Source of the DNA: Ginglymostoma cirratum
Lineage: Eukaryota
DNA length: 64,000 nt
Assembly (NCBI GenBank): GCA_024137785.1
Contig: JAHRHZ010000268.1
Coordinates: 7,913,485 to 7,977,484 of the forward strand
Direction of reading: 5' to 3'
The translations under genes were made by a program, and so were the position numbers. The notes beneath the pieces were generated by a model. The model searched no databases. It was not told the origin of the DNA and was given only the letters and a program-made list of their open reading frames with translations. Each line of letters opens with the position of its first letter. Position 1 is the first letter of the stretch. Shown here piece after piece: positions 48,717 to 60,649 of this stretch.

Positions 48717-50459
48717 GGAGGTATGTTAGATGTTGGTCACATCTGGGAGCCTGAACTAGAGATCCTTGATTCCCTCTTGCACAGGAACAGTTTGTACAAA
48801 AACGTGTCCCTGTGCTGCTGACACTGCCAAGGGGCAGTGTTTCCATCTTAACAGACCGTTTCAAAACCAAACACCGTTCAGTAATACGATAATATGGGCT
48901 ATTTTTTCCCCATTGCTATATGTCTACTTGATATTGAAATGTAAAGAGAGTGTAGCGTTGTCTCTGTGCCTGCTGTCTTTACCAGGCAATTTAACAGTTT
49001 ACTGACAGAGGGTACATGATGCTGCACCAGTGGCTGTGCCTTTCACCAGGTCACTCAAACACTCACAGCAAGAACATAGGATGCCTCATTCAGGATGGTG
49101 TTGCTGATTAATCCTGATTCACATGATTAGGGATGCCAAACAAAGCAGGTTACCTAAGGACCGGTTTGTGTGCAGACTTTACATTGGGGAAACCTCTTCA
49201 GTGCACCCTTCTTGTTTTGTGTTCCTCAGCTGCCTGTGGCTGTCTCTACAGCAGCAATGATGCCGATATTAGAGCTACTGCTTCTGTCGTCCTGGAGACC
49301 CACCTCTCGTGTCTGATCCCTCCCCATCCCAACTGAATAAAGATGCAGCAGCGCATTTACCTGCTGCAAGTGTTAGTTGCTGCGATGTGGGAAGCAAAAC
49401 ACACAGATTATTTTACCCAAAAGTGCTCAAGCCACCCTGGGACCCATCAAACTCCTGTAGGGGCTGACACTGGAGTTTTGAGCATTGTCAGCCTTTTAAA
49501 GAGAATTCTAGGGAATCAGAAAAAGGTCAGTAGTCAGCAAATCTGCTCAAATGTACAAGTCTGTTTCGACATGCATTATGCAGTGCAGACGAGTGGGTTC
49601 CTGAGTACCAGGAGCCCCAGGTTCGCTAAGGAGCTCTGTTTCTACAACTTCAGGCAGGCATAATAACCCTCACTTGTCTGTCTCTGAATTATCAGTTCCT
49701 TCCACCTCTCCACAGCCAACTCCTCCCTTTTTGTCTAAGTTAAAGATAGTCATAGCAGAGGAAAGGCATACCATATGCTGATGGCTTTACTTCACATGTT
49801 ACACTACCTTTTGACAATGGGCTTTACATATTCCTGTATTTCAGCGGATTGTTATAATTTACTTTCTTCATGTACTTGGTGAAAACATGCTTTACATTTT
49901 CTGTAGTGCCATAAATTTGATTTCATTAAGTTCTACCAGTGGGGAGAATCTCTCATTCCTTCTGCCTCATTAGAAATTGGTGATAATTTTTGTTGCAGTT
50001 TATGTATTTCCTCTTAGTCTGTATAAAAAAAAACTGTGATATTCTCTCACATAGGAAGGGTTATAAACAGCCGCTTTCCAGCTGGAAGAAGCTTCAGACA
50101 CCCTCCTCTTTTCCTGAACCAGCTGCAACCCTCGCAGTTTCACATCTTTTGCAGCAGTTTCCTTGAAAGGTGCTGTTCGTCTCCTTGCTGCCGCCTCAGT
50201 TGAGATCAGCTAATTTAGGACTGCAACAGGGATTTTTCTAATTCCTTGCATCTTCATTCCACACACAGGACAGTGTGCTTGCCAGTGAAGCCATTAGGGG
50301 AGCTGTTTCTTTTCCAATAGAGTTATTTCCCAAATTAAATGACAAATGTTTTATTATTATAACCATTTTTTTCCTCACTTCATATAAAAGAGAAGGGCAG
50401 GGAACGTGGTGGGGTGGAGCCAAATGGAAATAATGTGATAAATTTACATTCCAGTGCCT

Positions 50460-50800
50460 CATTTTTAAAGTTCTGTCCCTGTTTTCCAAATATCTCCGTG
50501 GCTGCTTGCCTCCCCACCTTCTCTGTCTTTATAACACTCCAGGACCTCTGCTCATCTAATTCTGCCTTCAGGTACATTGTGGGTTCTCATCGCTGTGCTA
50601 TTCAGGCCTGGGCCCTAAGTGCTGGATTTCCCTCCAAAATGTACCTCTGCCTCTCTCTCCTCCTTAAAGAAGACCCATATTTGAGCAGCCATTTAAACAC
50701 CTCCATAAATGGCTTGACATCAGCATTTCATGTTAATGCAGCTGTGGAGTACACTGGGACAGTTTTCCCCGGATAAAGGTGCTCAGTGCAAGTTGTCCTT
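50460..50800 (+). mobile_element. L2-type LINE 3' end
   Basis: Similar to 26730-27100 (TTTTAAAGTTCTG...CTGGGCCCTAAGTGCTGGATTTCCCTCC...TAAAGGTGCT). Confidence 0.6.
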
Positions 50801-51084
50801 GTTGGAATGAACAGGATGTGCAAACCCCATCTTGTTTGTAGAGAGTTCCGACAGTGACCCGAACAACCCCACAAGCCAGTTGATACAATAAGACATCAGA
50901 ACCAGTATTTATGTGAAAAAGAATTAATCCCAGAGTGAAAAATGGGGCAGGTATATATCACCTGACTCTATTCCTGTGTCAAAAGTATTTGTTTATATGT
51001 AGTCGAGTAATCACCCATTCATTCATTGTGTTCCACCAGTATAATTAATCCCACTTGTATCTCACTTGAAACAATTAACAGTGA

Positions 51085-51260
51085 ATGGTCAGAGTTCCGT
51101 CTGAAGAGGGGATTCTAAGCCAGTGTGAGAGGGTCAGCTGGACTTGGCCGAAATGGGTGTTCAGCAGAGGAGTTTTAAAGGGCCGTGACAGATGGGAGAG
51201 AGGTACAAACAAATTGAACAGAAGCTCTGGCCTGAGGAGCGAGGAAAGCTGGTGGCTGGC
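51085..51260 (-). mobile_element. L2-type LINE 3' fragment
   Basis: Minus translation ELLFNLFVPLSHLSRPFKTPLLNTHF resembles the L2 ORF2 C-terminus. Confidence 0.45.
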
Positions 51261-51669
51261 TATTATCCAAAGCAACAGGGAGTCAAAACAAAAATATGAT
51301 GGTTGCTCGTGTGACTTTCATTTTTTATGTTATGCTGGAGAGATGAGATGAGAGGGAAGACTACGGAGCACAGTATTATCAAGCCCAGCAAAGAGATTCT
51401 GAAGTAAAAGCAAATCTCATGAGGCCCACAAAATCTGAAGGTTTCTGAAGTTATAAACAATATTTACATTTCATTGTGTCTTTTGCTGTCCTCAAAGTGG
51501 GAATTTTATCCTGATTTGCCAAGCAGTGATCCAGGTGATTTACCCAAAACTCACTTTGCTAGCCATCCATTTCAGAGGAGGGTATAATCTATTGTCAACG
51601 AAACTCAAAACCAACATTTTACCCGATTTTATTAGACATCCCTGTTGACAGGATGAGATAAAATTGCAA

Positions 51670-51785
51670 GCAAAGGCAGAAATTCCTGGGAAAACTCAGC
51701 AGGTCTGACAGCACTGCGTTCAGTGACCCTTCTTCAGTTTCTGTTTTTGTTTCTAATTTCCACTAGCTACAGTCCTTTCGCTTTT
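51670..51785. mobile_element. Family B PLE element, degenerate
   Basis: GCAGAAATTCCTGGGAAAACTCAGCAGGTCTGACAGCA...GTGACCCTTCTTCAG, followed by an inverted tail. Confidence 0.65.
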
Positions 51786-52559
51786 TTAAGTTAAAATTGC
51801 ACCCTGTTTGGCCCTCCATGTGTCAAAGCAGGGGCTTTGCAGTAGAATGACTGGAATATTCAAGGAGATGACTGGAGTCAGGATTGGTGCATGTAAAGAA
51901 ACAATTAAGTGTACCTTTTAAAGTATGGCTATTGACTGGGGAATGACAGTTCAAAGACTGAAAGCCAGTAACCTTGAATATTGCACAGATCCACAACTGT
52001 GTACAAGTGTGCTAATGGCTGGCAAATATTGGTCCATTACCTTTAGGATTTAGCTGGTTAAATTGCTTGTTTTATTTAAAAGCAACGGAGTCCCTGAGTA
52101 AACAGATTTATCTTTTGAGTCTGCCAGTTGGAAAATAGATTACACGCAGTAAGTTTGTGATAAAACATAATTTAAATGCAGTCCAATAATCAGCTTATAG
52201 GCAGACTCACTCTGAAATCTGTCCAAGTGCATTGAGGTCACCAGCTTGTTTGTATTGAAAAGAAATATGCCTGCAATTGGCCAGAGATTATTGGGGAAAA
52301 AAAAATTACCATAACCCACTTTCTTCCAGCTCCCTCCTCTTGCCCCCTCCCCCAGTCCTCCCACTTCACAATGAATTAGTTAAATTGCAGACCTTGTCTG
52401 GACATCTTTGGGGTAACAGAAAGGCAAAAGGCGTAACCAAACAAATAACTATAATCTTGGTGCTCTGAAGGGGATCATCAGTGAGGTTGAAACAAGATGC
52501 AGATTGTAGGCTAGTAAAATTTGGAAGGGGTGCATTAATACTAAATATTTAGAGTGAAA

Positions 52560-52910
52560 TGTTGCTTTTTCAGTTGCATTTCAGGGTGTTCAGTTTCAAC
52601 TTAAATATTAGGTGAACGTAAGATCCCCCCTCTCCGACCGCATGTTATTTTCAGAGTATTGGAAGAATTCTCCCCTGTGTCTTTGTAAACATTTACCCTC
52701 TATTAACATCACTAAATAATCAGGTTTTTTGGGTCATCATTATTTCAATGTTCTTTATGGGACCTTGCCTTCCTCAAATTACTGGCTGTATTTCCGACAT
52801 TTCAAGCATAACTACTTTGCAAAAAATGTTCACTTTGTTGACATTATTAAAAATGAACTGGCATAACTTGAGGGAACTTAAAGATACAATGTAAAAAAAA
52901 GGTTTCTTTT
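52560..52910 (+). mobile_element. Deu-domain SINE, decayed
   Basis: AGGTGAACGTAAGATCCC...TGGGACCTTGCC...AAATTACTGGCTGTATTTCCGACATT. Confidence 0.55.
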
Positions 52911-53764
52911 CTTCCTCCTCTCAGTTTGAATATTGGTTTAATTTTAATAATTATCTGCGAAACAGCCTTGAAACAATATGACTAGTATGTAAAAATGTTG
53001 TGAGCAAAGCCACTGCTTTTAGCTTCTATTTAAAAAATAGGTGGAATTGTGGAAGGCTAATCACATGGAATTGAATAAAACAAAATTCCAGAAATCCATG
53101 GAATGGAAATGGGACAGTTAATCCCATAGCCTGGTGACCCTTGAATGCAGAGAATAACAAACCCTTCATAAGTTTAGAGAGAGGCCACTAATTGTTCCAT
53201 TTAAAAAAAAAGCAATCAGAGTGTATGATTTCGGAATTCTAAGCAGTTCCATGGATTGAAACCAGTATTCAGAACACTGTCGATTTTGACAAATGCAGTC
53301 ACTATAAACCAGGCACATCCTAAATCAGCACTCTGAGCTGAATCTAATGGTGAGCTGACCTTTAAGTTCCCTCCAAGTTCATTTCAATTCGAACATTGCC
53401 ACAATGACAGGAAATAGTAATTTAGAATTTTGTTAACAAGTCACAGCTTAATAAGACTTGTCCCATAAATGGTACAATGTACAGTGATACAACACCTCTT
53501 GGGTTGCTAAAAAAAATTCTGTTGTGTCATACATTGCTTAGTGATGATATGTGTGACAACTGTTGCAGTACCAGTGCTCATTGAAGTTCTTGTTTTCACC
53601 TTGTGCATATTGGATTTGGGCATTGTCGTTAGTAACTTGTCTTTCTCCCCTTGTCCTTCTAAGACCCAAGGCAATTTTAATGAGGCCTATAACTGTCATT
53701 GCTTGAAGCTTTATTGGTGGATCGAATGTAATGGAAATTTCACACACCAGTAGAAGATCTGAAA

Positions 53765-54070
53765 AGGCGCACACTTATCCAGAATCTTTCATGACCGTGG
53801 ATCAACCCAAAGTGCTTTACAGCCAGCGAGATACTCCTGAAAAATAGCTGCTGTTTCGATGTAGGAAACACGACAGCCAATTCGAGTACAGTAAGCTCCC
53901 CCAAAACCGCAATCAGATCTGTTTTATGAACAGTGTAAGCTGAGAAATAAACGTTGGCCATGGTCCTGTGGTAAACTCTCCTGATTATCTTTGATTAGAG
54001 TCAGGGATCTTTTACGTCCACCTCTGAGTGTAACTGTGGCCTCAATGTCTCATCTTGTAGAAAGTGCAGC
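53765..54070 (-). mobile_element. Deu-domain SINE, decayed
   Basis: CTTTCATGACC...CCCAAAGTGCTTTACAGCCA...GTAGGAAACACGACAGCCAATT...GGGATCTTTTACGTCCACCT. Confidence 0.7.
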
Positions 54071-56040
54071 AATTGGATAATCCAAGAAAACAATTATGAT
54101 TTTTAAGAGGAAAAGCTCATAATAACGTTGAATGGAATCTTACTGTGGTTCAATGGATTGTTGGTGTCACATTGTATATCTTGGATACAACAATGTTTAG
54201 TGTTCAGGAACTGGCTTCTTATGCTGAGTGAGCCCCTTTTTATAGAACTCTGGAGTCGTTGCACATGCGTCTAGTTAGGAAGGTGATATTTGCCTGTGGG
54301 ATTGGAATGGGAGAACCTGCAAAAGAGATTACCTTTATTTTGCTGACATCATAAACCAGAAGGGTGATTCTGTACAAAAGTTTATTCCCATAGTTGTGCA
54401 AATGTAGTTTTTGTTTCACTTGGGAATAACGACTTCATTGTGCCATTTCTCAGTCATGTGACATTGATTCCCACTTGCAATGTTACTGTATATTTTCATG
54501 ACACAGCTCAGTAGACCATTCACTGCATTGCTTCCTCGCTGCATTGAACAGTTAACAACGGCAAGTCATGGAATTTCAACCTGTTAGTTAAAAATCTGTA
54601 TGTGTTAGCTGGGTTCCATGGTGATGCACTGTTCATCAGCTTGCACACAGGATTGACAAGTACTTGGAGCCCCGACAATGGAGCTTCCTTTGAACAGCTT
54701 CTCATTTCATCATTTTCAGTAAATGTTTTGTTAAATTCTGTGCACTTACAGTTTTTTTTCCGTCTGGTTTTATTCTGAAACAATTTCACTGCTGCAAGTA
54801 ACATTTCAAAGAAATGTAATATTGTCGATTTCTGTTTTTTATCGTGTGTTGACTTGGACTGTGAAGCTAAAAAACACTCAGCAGTGTGATTGACTTTGCA
54901 GTTTTAATCACAGGCTGTGTCTGCACAGAGCAATTTGAGCTGTCGAAACAGAAAAGTGAAACAGTCGTGGGTGTGGGTCTGTCACTGGTGGTATTAAAGA
55001 GAGCAGTTTGAGGTGATGAATTAAAGATGCTTTTACATTGCAGAAGGCCCACGTTGATGCCACTAGTCCCCAGAAATACAGATCTTAAGACATATTGTGT
55101 GCTCAGTGCCTGGAAGGAACACTGGACTTTGGAGCTTATGGATCCCAGAGCTCTTCCATCACTGGGGTTTCTCCTTGCTTCATGTCTGGATTTGTTGTAG
55201 ACTAATTGCTAAAGATTGATTGCCGTGATTAGTCAAGCACTCCATCATCATACCAGGATAGGAGAAGGTGAAGTAAATAGGCTGTGGTCTTTTTCTCATG
55301 TTGTAATTCCTGTGTCTTGAGTGTTGGCTGTGAGCCAAATACAAAGCTGCCAGAGCTCACCAAGATGCATTGCTGGGAAGAGCATCTTGTGGCTCACTCA
55401 GGCAGCCAGTCTGGTAATATTTTTAAAGTTTTCACTTTCGTGAATTGTGCTTTTAGAAACCACTGGAACAAGCTTGGATCTCACATCAATCTACGTACAA
55501 ATTCAGAGTGTCTCGCACATTAAGTGGAACAGTTCTGGCATCTATGCTGTGGTGTATTGTGCCAAGTCCTTTCAAATCACTTCACTAATAAATTACCCTT
55601 TCTAGGATGGAGAAATGTATTGGATTGGGCACACTTCACTTTCCCATAATGTGGTGAGCAGCTTTGGGACCATATCGCCCTGCTGACCCATTGAGCTGCC
55701 GGAACAGGTTGTCTCTGGTTTGACACCATCTGAATGTCTACTTAAAATTCTTTTGAAGAAAATTGAACCTGTTAAAGGCAAAGGGTTTTAAGGAGAAGAT
55801 TCCTTCTTGTAAAGTACCCTGGCAGGATGTTAAACTCAAAGAATGTGATCATTTAAGTTTGAGAGCCACTGCTGTTCGGAATCAATGATCTCTCTAATGA
55901 TGTTAAGATCAGAGCAGCACAAGTCCACCCAGGTTTCATGGTCTTTGTGGGCCACTTTTGTACCTATGTAAAAGCCTGTTGTCCACATGTGAGGCACACA
56001 GCAAGATTCCTTAGAACACAAGGAGATAAATATCCAGTTA

Positions 56041-56171
56041 AGAGATGGTAAGAACTGCCGATGCTGAAGTCAGAGATAACACTGTGTGGAGCTGGAGGAA
56101 CGCAGCAGGCCAGGCAGCATCAGAAGAGTAGGAAAGCTGAGGTTTTGGGTCGGGACCCTTCTTCAGAAAAA
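56041..56171 (-). mobile_element. Family A PLE element
   Basis: Full arm ending GGGACCCTTCTTCAGAAA; TSD ATCCAGTTA at 56032-56040 and 56172-56180, with a third copy at 56183-56191. Confidence 0.85.
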
Positions 56172-56309
56172 ATCCAGTTACTATCCAGTTAGTCTGTTTT
56201 TGCTCGTGATATTTGGAAGATAAATGCTGCCCAGGACATGCGCAAAATTTCACTCCCCCTTTTCCAAGAGTAGCAAAGGATCGTTGTCAGACAGTTTAAT
56301 ATCTGGTTG

Positions 56310-56522
56310 AAAAAAAAATCCGAAAGAACTGCGGATGCTGTAAATCAGGGACAAAAACAAAGTTGCTGGAAAAGCTTAGCAGGTCTGGCAGCATCTATGA
56401 TGGAGCAAACAGAGTTAATGTTTCAAGTCCGGTGGTCCTTCCTCAGAACTAACCCAAAATCTTAACTCTGTTTTTTCCTTCACAGATGCTGCCAGACCTG
56501 CTGAGCTTTTCCAGCAACTTTG
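56310..56522. mobile_element. Family B PLE fold-back element
   Basis: Perfect 14-bp TSD TTAATATCTGGTTG at 56296-56309 and 56523-56536; inverted arms; hammerhead end CTTCCTCAGAACT. Confidence 0.88.
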
Positions 56523-58444
56523 TTAATATCTGGTTGGATGCACAACAACTGCAGAAGTGCAGTATTTCCCTGAGTGTTCTACCTACTGTTAACCCAGATT
56601 ATGTCAAGTCTTTTGAATGGGGCTCGAATTCTTCAACCTATTGGTTAGGCCTCTCAAAGTGAAACTTCAACCATTGGTGAAGTAACGGCAATGAAAACAG
56701 CTGTTTAGTTCAGCATGTGAAAAGTTTGGATGCAATTTGAACAGAACTGCCCGGGCCTCTGTCACAAGATTGTCACTGCACGTTTGCGTGAGCTGGCTTC
56801 TGGGTGTGCTGTTTAATACATGACAGCAACAAACAAATACTTGTGGACTCTCGAATATATCTGCTGCTGAAGTACGTGCTCCTGTTCGGCTCCCCATGTT
56901 TGTGGTGTGGATGGAGGACCATGTGATGCACTTGAAGCTTCCAAGATCCTGTGCTGCATGCTGTAGAGGCAGGCTGCTTGCTGGTGAGGCTCTCAACTTG
57001 TCTGCTTTCAGGACTGGAGGACAGCCATGATGATTTACAACCTCCCTCTTAAACAGAATGAATAGTGACTGTTCTTAGCAGGAGATAAAACATATGGTTT
57101 ATTAGCTTTTGCTAGGCTTTTATCCATGACTTTCCTTTGCCCCCTTGGGCATACATGTGCCCTGAATCCTCAGCCTCACCTCACAAAAAATAACCAGCTG
57201 CGTGGATTCTACGAGCATGAACTTCTGTAAAATTACACTTTCTGCTGATTATATCTCTTCCTGTTCCTTTAAATTTTCCAATGGTTCTTTTCCATAAGTT
57301 TCCATCACATTGTTCATCATCACTTGCAGCCAAACACCTTTCCAGCAAGCATGCAGTTTATCTGTATAATTTAATCTGTATGTTAATCGCTGAACCATAT
57401 GGGTAGTGTGGTCAAAATCTGCAGTCACTAACAGTCACTTCAGTGCTGACTGACTTTATTTTATGGGGGTTGGACAGTGTACTTGTGTTAAAGAGTTGCC
57501 ATTCTCCTGTATTTTGTTGACACTTCTGTCAAGTAGCCACTCAATGCGGTGATGTGGTGTATTCTGTAATATTTAAAGCAGTTGGGAATAAATGGCACTT
57601 TGTAACAACAACAGCAAGGTACGCTGCCTTTTGCAGTGAGGTGTCTGTTACCTCGTACTGCTCTGCAGAGCCGGGGACCAATTCACTGTTGTCTTGTAAT
57701 CTGCCTGAAGACAGGTTGTTTAAATGCAGATATACTTGCTGTGATAATCGCTCCAGGTTTACTGTGCAGAGTGGCACAGAGGCCTGGAGCAATAGTGAAT
57801 ATTCTTTATTCCTTAAAAAATAGTGCTTGGGGAACACAAAGGTTCTAATGAGCTTTGAGGTATTCTATTGAAACTGGCCAAACTCCATAAAACAATTCTC
57901 TATGTTGCAAAAGGGATAACACATCAAATGTACTTCATTACCTTGTAAAGTACTTTGGAGCAGCCAGATGTCATGAAAAGGGCTGTCTGAAACCACATGT
58001 GTTATCCTCAAACTTATTTCTTCATCTGTAAATACAAAATGCTTCTTCTCACCCAATGCTTTGCACTTCAACTCTCATGAAGGGAGAGTGGGATTGCTTT
58101 TTGAAAACCTTTTAAACAGCAGCTTGATATATTCAGAGTCGTGTAGTGAGATCTATTCCTGTGCCTTTGTGCAAAAAACAGTAAAACCTTTTCCACTTGC
58201 TAGTAAGTATGCGAAGAAGCACTGCTAGTAACTGCCACCACATCCCCATGTGATGCCCTTAATTAAAGGGAACATGTTGCAGGTCGTCCTGTGGCTTTTC
58301 TGTCTGTTCAACCCTTTTTCTTCTGGGAAGATGGTGCCTTCTGAAATCCATGGTGTCATCCTTGAAACAGCAGTCTCGGTGCTTTTACATAGAGGTACAC
58401 TACCCACCATTGGCAATGGTCGCAGCCAATTTACTGTATGTATC

Positions 58445-58750
58445 AACTCAGTTGGTAACACTCCAACCTCTGCACCGGATGATTAGAGGTTAGGTCCTAC
58501 TCCAGGACATGAGCACAAAATCAAAGCTGACATACCACTGCAGCACGACACCCCCTTAATCAACATCACAAAGCTTAATTTCTGAGCATTATTGCATTGC
58601 TGGTTGATGGAGCTTGCTGTGCACAACTTGACTGCTGTGCTTCCTACATTACAACAGTGACTGCACTTCAAAAATACTTGACCAGCTGTACGGTACTATG
58701 GGAATGTCCTGAGGTCATGAAAGGTGCCATATGAATGCAGATCTTTTACT
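58445..58750 (+). mobile_element. Deu-domain SINE with internal deletion
   Basis: CTCAGTTGGTAACACTC head and GGAGCTTGCTGTGCACAACTTGACTGCTGTGCTTCCTACATTACAACAGTGACTGCACTTCAAAA core. Confidence 0.75.
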
Positions 58751-58887
58751 TTCCATCTCTGATCACCATTGGAACAAAAATTAATTGATACAAATACTTG
58801 TTTATGGTAGAAACCTTTTTCCCATCTTAATATTGTGTCACCCAGAGGCTTACAGGCCCCTTCTTATTTGTAGCTGTTGTGTTTTGA

Positions 58888-59563
58888 CCACAAGACCATA
58901 AGATATAGAAGCAGAATTGGGCCATTGCCTCCATCGAGTCTGCTCCACTATTTGATCAAAGCTAATCTGTTTCTCAACCCCATTTTTCTGCCTTCTTCCC
59001 ATTACCCTTGATTCCCTTACTAATCCAGAACTTATCCCTCTCTGACTCAAATACACTCCACGTCTTGGCCTCTACAAGCTTCTGCAGCAATGGGTTCTAC
59101 AGATTCACCACCATCTGGCTGAAGAAATTCCTCCTCATCTCAGTTCTAAAGGGTTGTCCCTTTACTCTGAAGCTGTACCCTCGAGTCTTACTCTTGCCTG
59201 TTGTGGAAATGTATTCTTTTCATCCTCTCTATCCAGGCCTGTTAGTGTTCTGTAAGTTTCAATCAGATCCGCCCTCATCCTTCTAAACTTGAGAATGGTC
59301 TAGAATCCTGAACTGCTCCCCACATAACAATCCTTCATCCCTGGGATCATTTTTTATAAACCTCCTCTGGACCCCTCCAACACCAGCACATTCTTCCTTC
59401 GATACAGGGCCCAAAACTGCTCACAATATGCCAAATGCAGTCTGACCACAGCCTTATACAGCTTCAGCAGTGCATTCCTGCTTTTGTATTCTAGCCCTCT
59501 TGAAATGAATGCTAACATTGCATTTGCTTCCCTAATTGCCAACTGAACCTGCATATTAAACAT
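58888..59563 (-). mobile_element. CR1 LINE 3' fragment
   Basis: Minus ORF QVQLAIREANAMLAFISRGLEYKSRNALLKLYKAVVRLHLAYCEQFW; GACCACAAGACCATAAG tail. Confidence 0.92.
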
Positions 59564-60649
59564 TTGCTATACATTTACAGCTTGCAAACTTAATTTTAGG
59601 CTGGGAGAGTCATTGGGGACTGGGAGGGAGTGCAGAGAGAGAGAGGGACTTTTGCCCTTTAATTACTGTGAAGACCTGGAACTATTAGATTAGAATTGCT
59701 GTAAATTCAGAGCTTGGGCCAAAAGTGATGACAGTACTGATCTTACAGAAGGGAGTTGAAGCTGAACAGCCCTGCAAAATCTGTCTTAATCTAATACAAA
59801 ATACAGTGCCCTGCTAAGTTGGGCTGCAGTTGCCCCTATTGCCTGGTGACATCATAAAAAATATGTACAAGCTGTGTAGAGGTTAATTTAATAGTAAGGT
59901 GAGGTCATGCTGAAAATCAGAATGCTACACTTTAGTTGTAGTGGTGGATTTCCTAGAATTCCAAACGGCACTCGTGCATCTCAAAAATCTGTGCAAGAAA
60001 TTGTTGTGAAGGTTCCGCACACTCTCTGTTTAATGTATCTGAAGGACTCGGGGGAGGGAATTGGTATTTTAATGTGAAGCTACTGAAGGGGCAAAGCATC
60101 AACAAGTTGTTCTTTGTATGTGAAGTGTTACATGAGCAAGGCACCAAGGTCACAGACCTAAAAACATGAGTTTTATTTGAAATTGAGAAACAAAGGTCAA
60201 GGCCTTTGTTCTGCAAAATGTAACCACAGTCAAAAAAGACAAAGGCCTAAAAAAAGTGATGCTTAGGTGGTGCCAAGCTTGCCTTCATATGCAGCGTTGA
60301 TTGGAGAAAGAAGGGATCGCAGAGGGAGGTGAGGCATGGTTGTCTGCTGCGAAATGATGGGCTTGAATGAGAGGTTGAGTGCTTGCTTGAGTGGTTTTGT
60401 GTGGTCTTTGAACCGAGTTATGGAGATTTTCCCCTGAATATGTTGTATGGGGGTGTTTTACGTTATGGTGAAAGGAAGTTTAACAGTGTAGCAGTCAGCA
60501 ATTATCTGAAGGGGAAGTAGAAAGAGAGAAATCCAATGGGCACTTTCAGATGTACAGACAAGGAGCTCAGGTCAAGGGGAGGAAATCCCCATCCCCTTCA
60601 TGACCCTTGGGTTTTCAACCAGAAATAAATTTGGCCAGTCTATGGGTGA

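Noticed and set aside
15907-56522. Recurrent palindromic repeats as a CRISPR array or MITEs
   Set aside because: They are dispersed rather than arrayed, have no cas genes, variable 9-16 bp TSDs and asymmetric arms, and link to a PLE coding remnant.
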